From Vicugna vicugna (Eukaryota), in contig MU058198.1 of NCBI GenBank assembly GCA_013265495.1, positions 4,166,419 to 4,230,418 on the forward strand: DNA of 64,000 nucleotides, in the 5' to 3' direction. Each line of letters opens with the position of its first letter. Position 1 is the first letter of the stretch. Shown here in pieces: positions 62,881-64,000 of this stretch. The position numbers and the translations under genes were made by a program. Under the pieces are notes generated by a model, which was not told the DNA's origin, made no database searches, and was given only the letters and a program-made list of their open reading frames with translations.

Positions 62881-64000
62881 CAACAAGTAAACAAAAATGT
62901 CAACCCAATAGTGATAACTTCTCCCTGGCTGTGGTGGATGTGCCGGGCCAGACCCCCAGACCCCAGGGCTCAACAAGGGCTCCAAACCCTCACTGGCACT
63001 TCCTAGAGTCACTATTTTATTTTGGTTTCTGTTTCAATATTTGTTCCCATGGAAACACAGATAAGTGACTAAGATGAGGTTTTTAAGGACTCCAGTGAGA
63101 GACCGTGAGAACTGGCAATGACAATCAGCCCTTACTACATAAGCATCCAAAGTCCTACTCTTCTCTTCGGGCATTGATTTCTCAGGTATTTCATTATTTA
63201 TTTCGAATTTTTCGTTCACTAACACTGCCTGCTTTTATTGGGCTGGTCATTACTGCCCCCTGCTAGATGTAACAAGTCATGCCCGTTTGTGGGGTTTCCT
63301 TGTAAATAAACACATTCAAGTTTTACTTTTTAAATGAGCCACATTTAAAGACGGTCTTAGTTCCATAAGCAGCAGGTCAGGCGATGGGCAGAAACGGGAC
63401 GTCGTGAGTGCCTAAGGACCAGAGAGCATGGCCGAGGGACAGCTCTTCCCATGGACCCATCTGTGCCCTTCGGAGTAGGTACCATTTATCGGTTAAGGGC
63501 GTGGCCTTTGGAGTTAGGAGTTGAAATTCCCATCAGACTGTCTACTAGCTCGGTCCCTGACCCCCAACATCCAAACCATCTGCTCTTTATCCAGGACAGA
63601 GCCTTAATCCAACCATCTCTCCATCCCCATCCCCATGACCTCAGCCATGACATCTCCCGCCGGAGCCTTCCCTTCATCTCCCAGCTTCTGCTCCTGCTCC
63701 ACAGTCCATCCTTCCCGCAACAGTAACGGTGCTCTCTGGCTTTTTGTCTTTTTAAAAAGACATAGCTTTCATGCAATTCAGGATCTCAGTTCTAAAATAT
63801 CCAGCTCAGTGGGTTTGGGCAAATGTCCGCACTCATGTAGCCCCTAACCCAGTTAAGATCTGACCCATGACCATCACAGAAAGTCCCTTGTGCCCCTAAA
63901 CTCCAGGGCCTCAGCTCAATCACCACCCTGTTTACGACCCATCAGTGGCCTCTGTAGCACTTAGAATGAAACCCAAGCCCCTTATCACAGCCTGCAGGCT

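Noticed and set aside
60760..64000. Start of a downstream gene
   Set aside because: No CpG-island promoter or recognisable coding exon.
1..64000. CRISPR arrays, operons, defence systems, or a TTTTA/TTTCA expansion like the human TNRC6A epilepsy repeat
   Set aside because: This is intron-rich mammalian DNA; no repeat-spacer array or long pentanucleotide tract was seen.

Overview
Mammalian genomic DNA holding the 3' part of TNRC6A (GW182/TNGW1, the Argonaute-binding miRNA silencing scaffold) on the + strand. I traced 21 GT-AG coding exons from 15263 to the TAA stop at 58396. They correspond to human exons 5-25 (numbering recalled from human, not searched). They splice into one uninterrupted frame of 5669 nt. 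An internal ATG at 25144 would give a 1708-aa GW182-type isoform. Upstream exons are not in the window. A ~2.3 kb 3'UTR carries two AATAAA signals and many miRNA seed matches. Introns hold old eutherian repeats (L1, L2, MIR, Tigger1, MER58A, MER5, LTRs). Four tRNA-Ala-derived SINEs resemble Vic-1, suggesting a camelid host. I found no prokaryote-type system. The best leads are regulatory or evolutionary: a candidate internal promoter, a contracted polyQ turned Q/P tract, a GC-rich block in intron 8 with an in-frame cryptic exon, a 33-nt NLS microexon between two TEs, a distant-branch-point cassette exon, and a tiny L1 insertion with a possible 3' transduction. Repeat family names and human comparisons come from memory.
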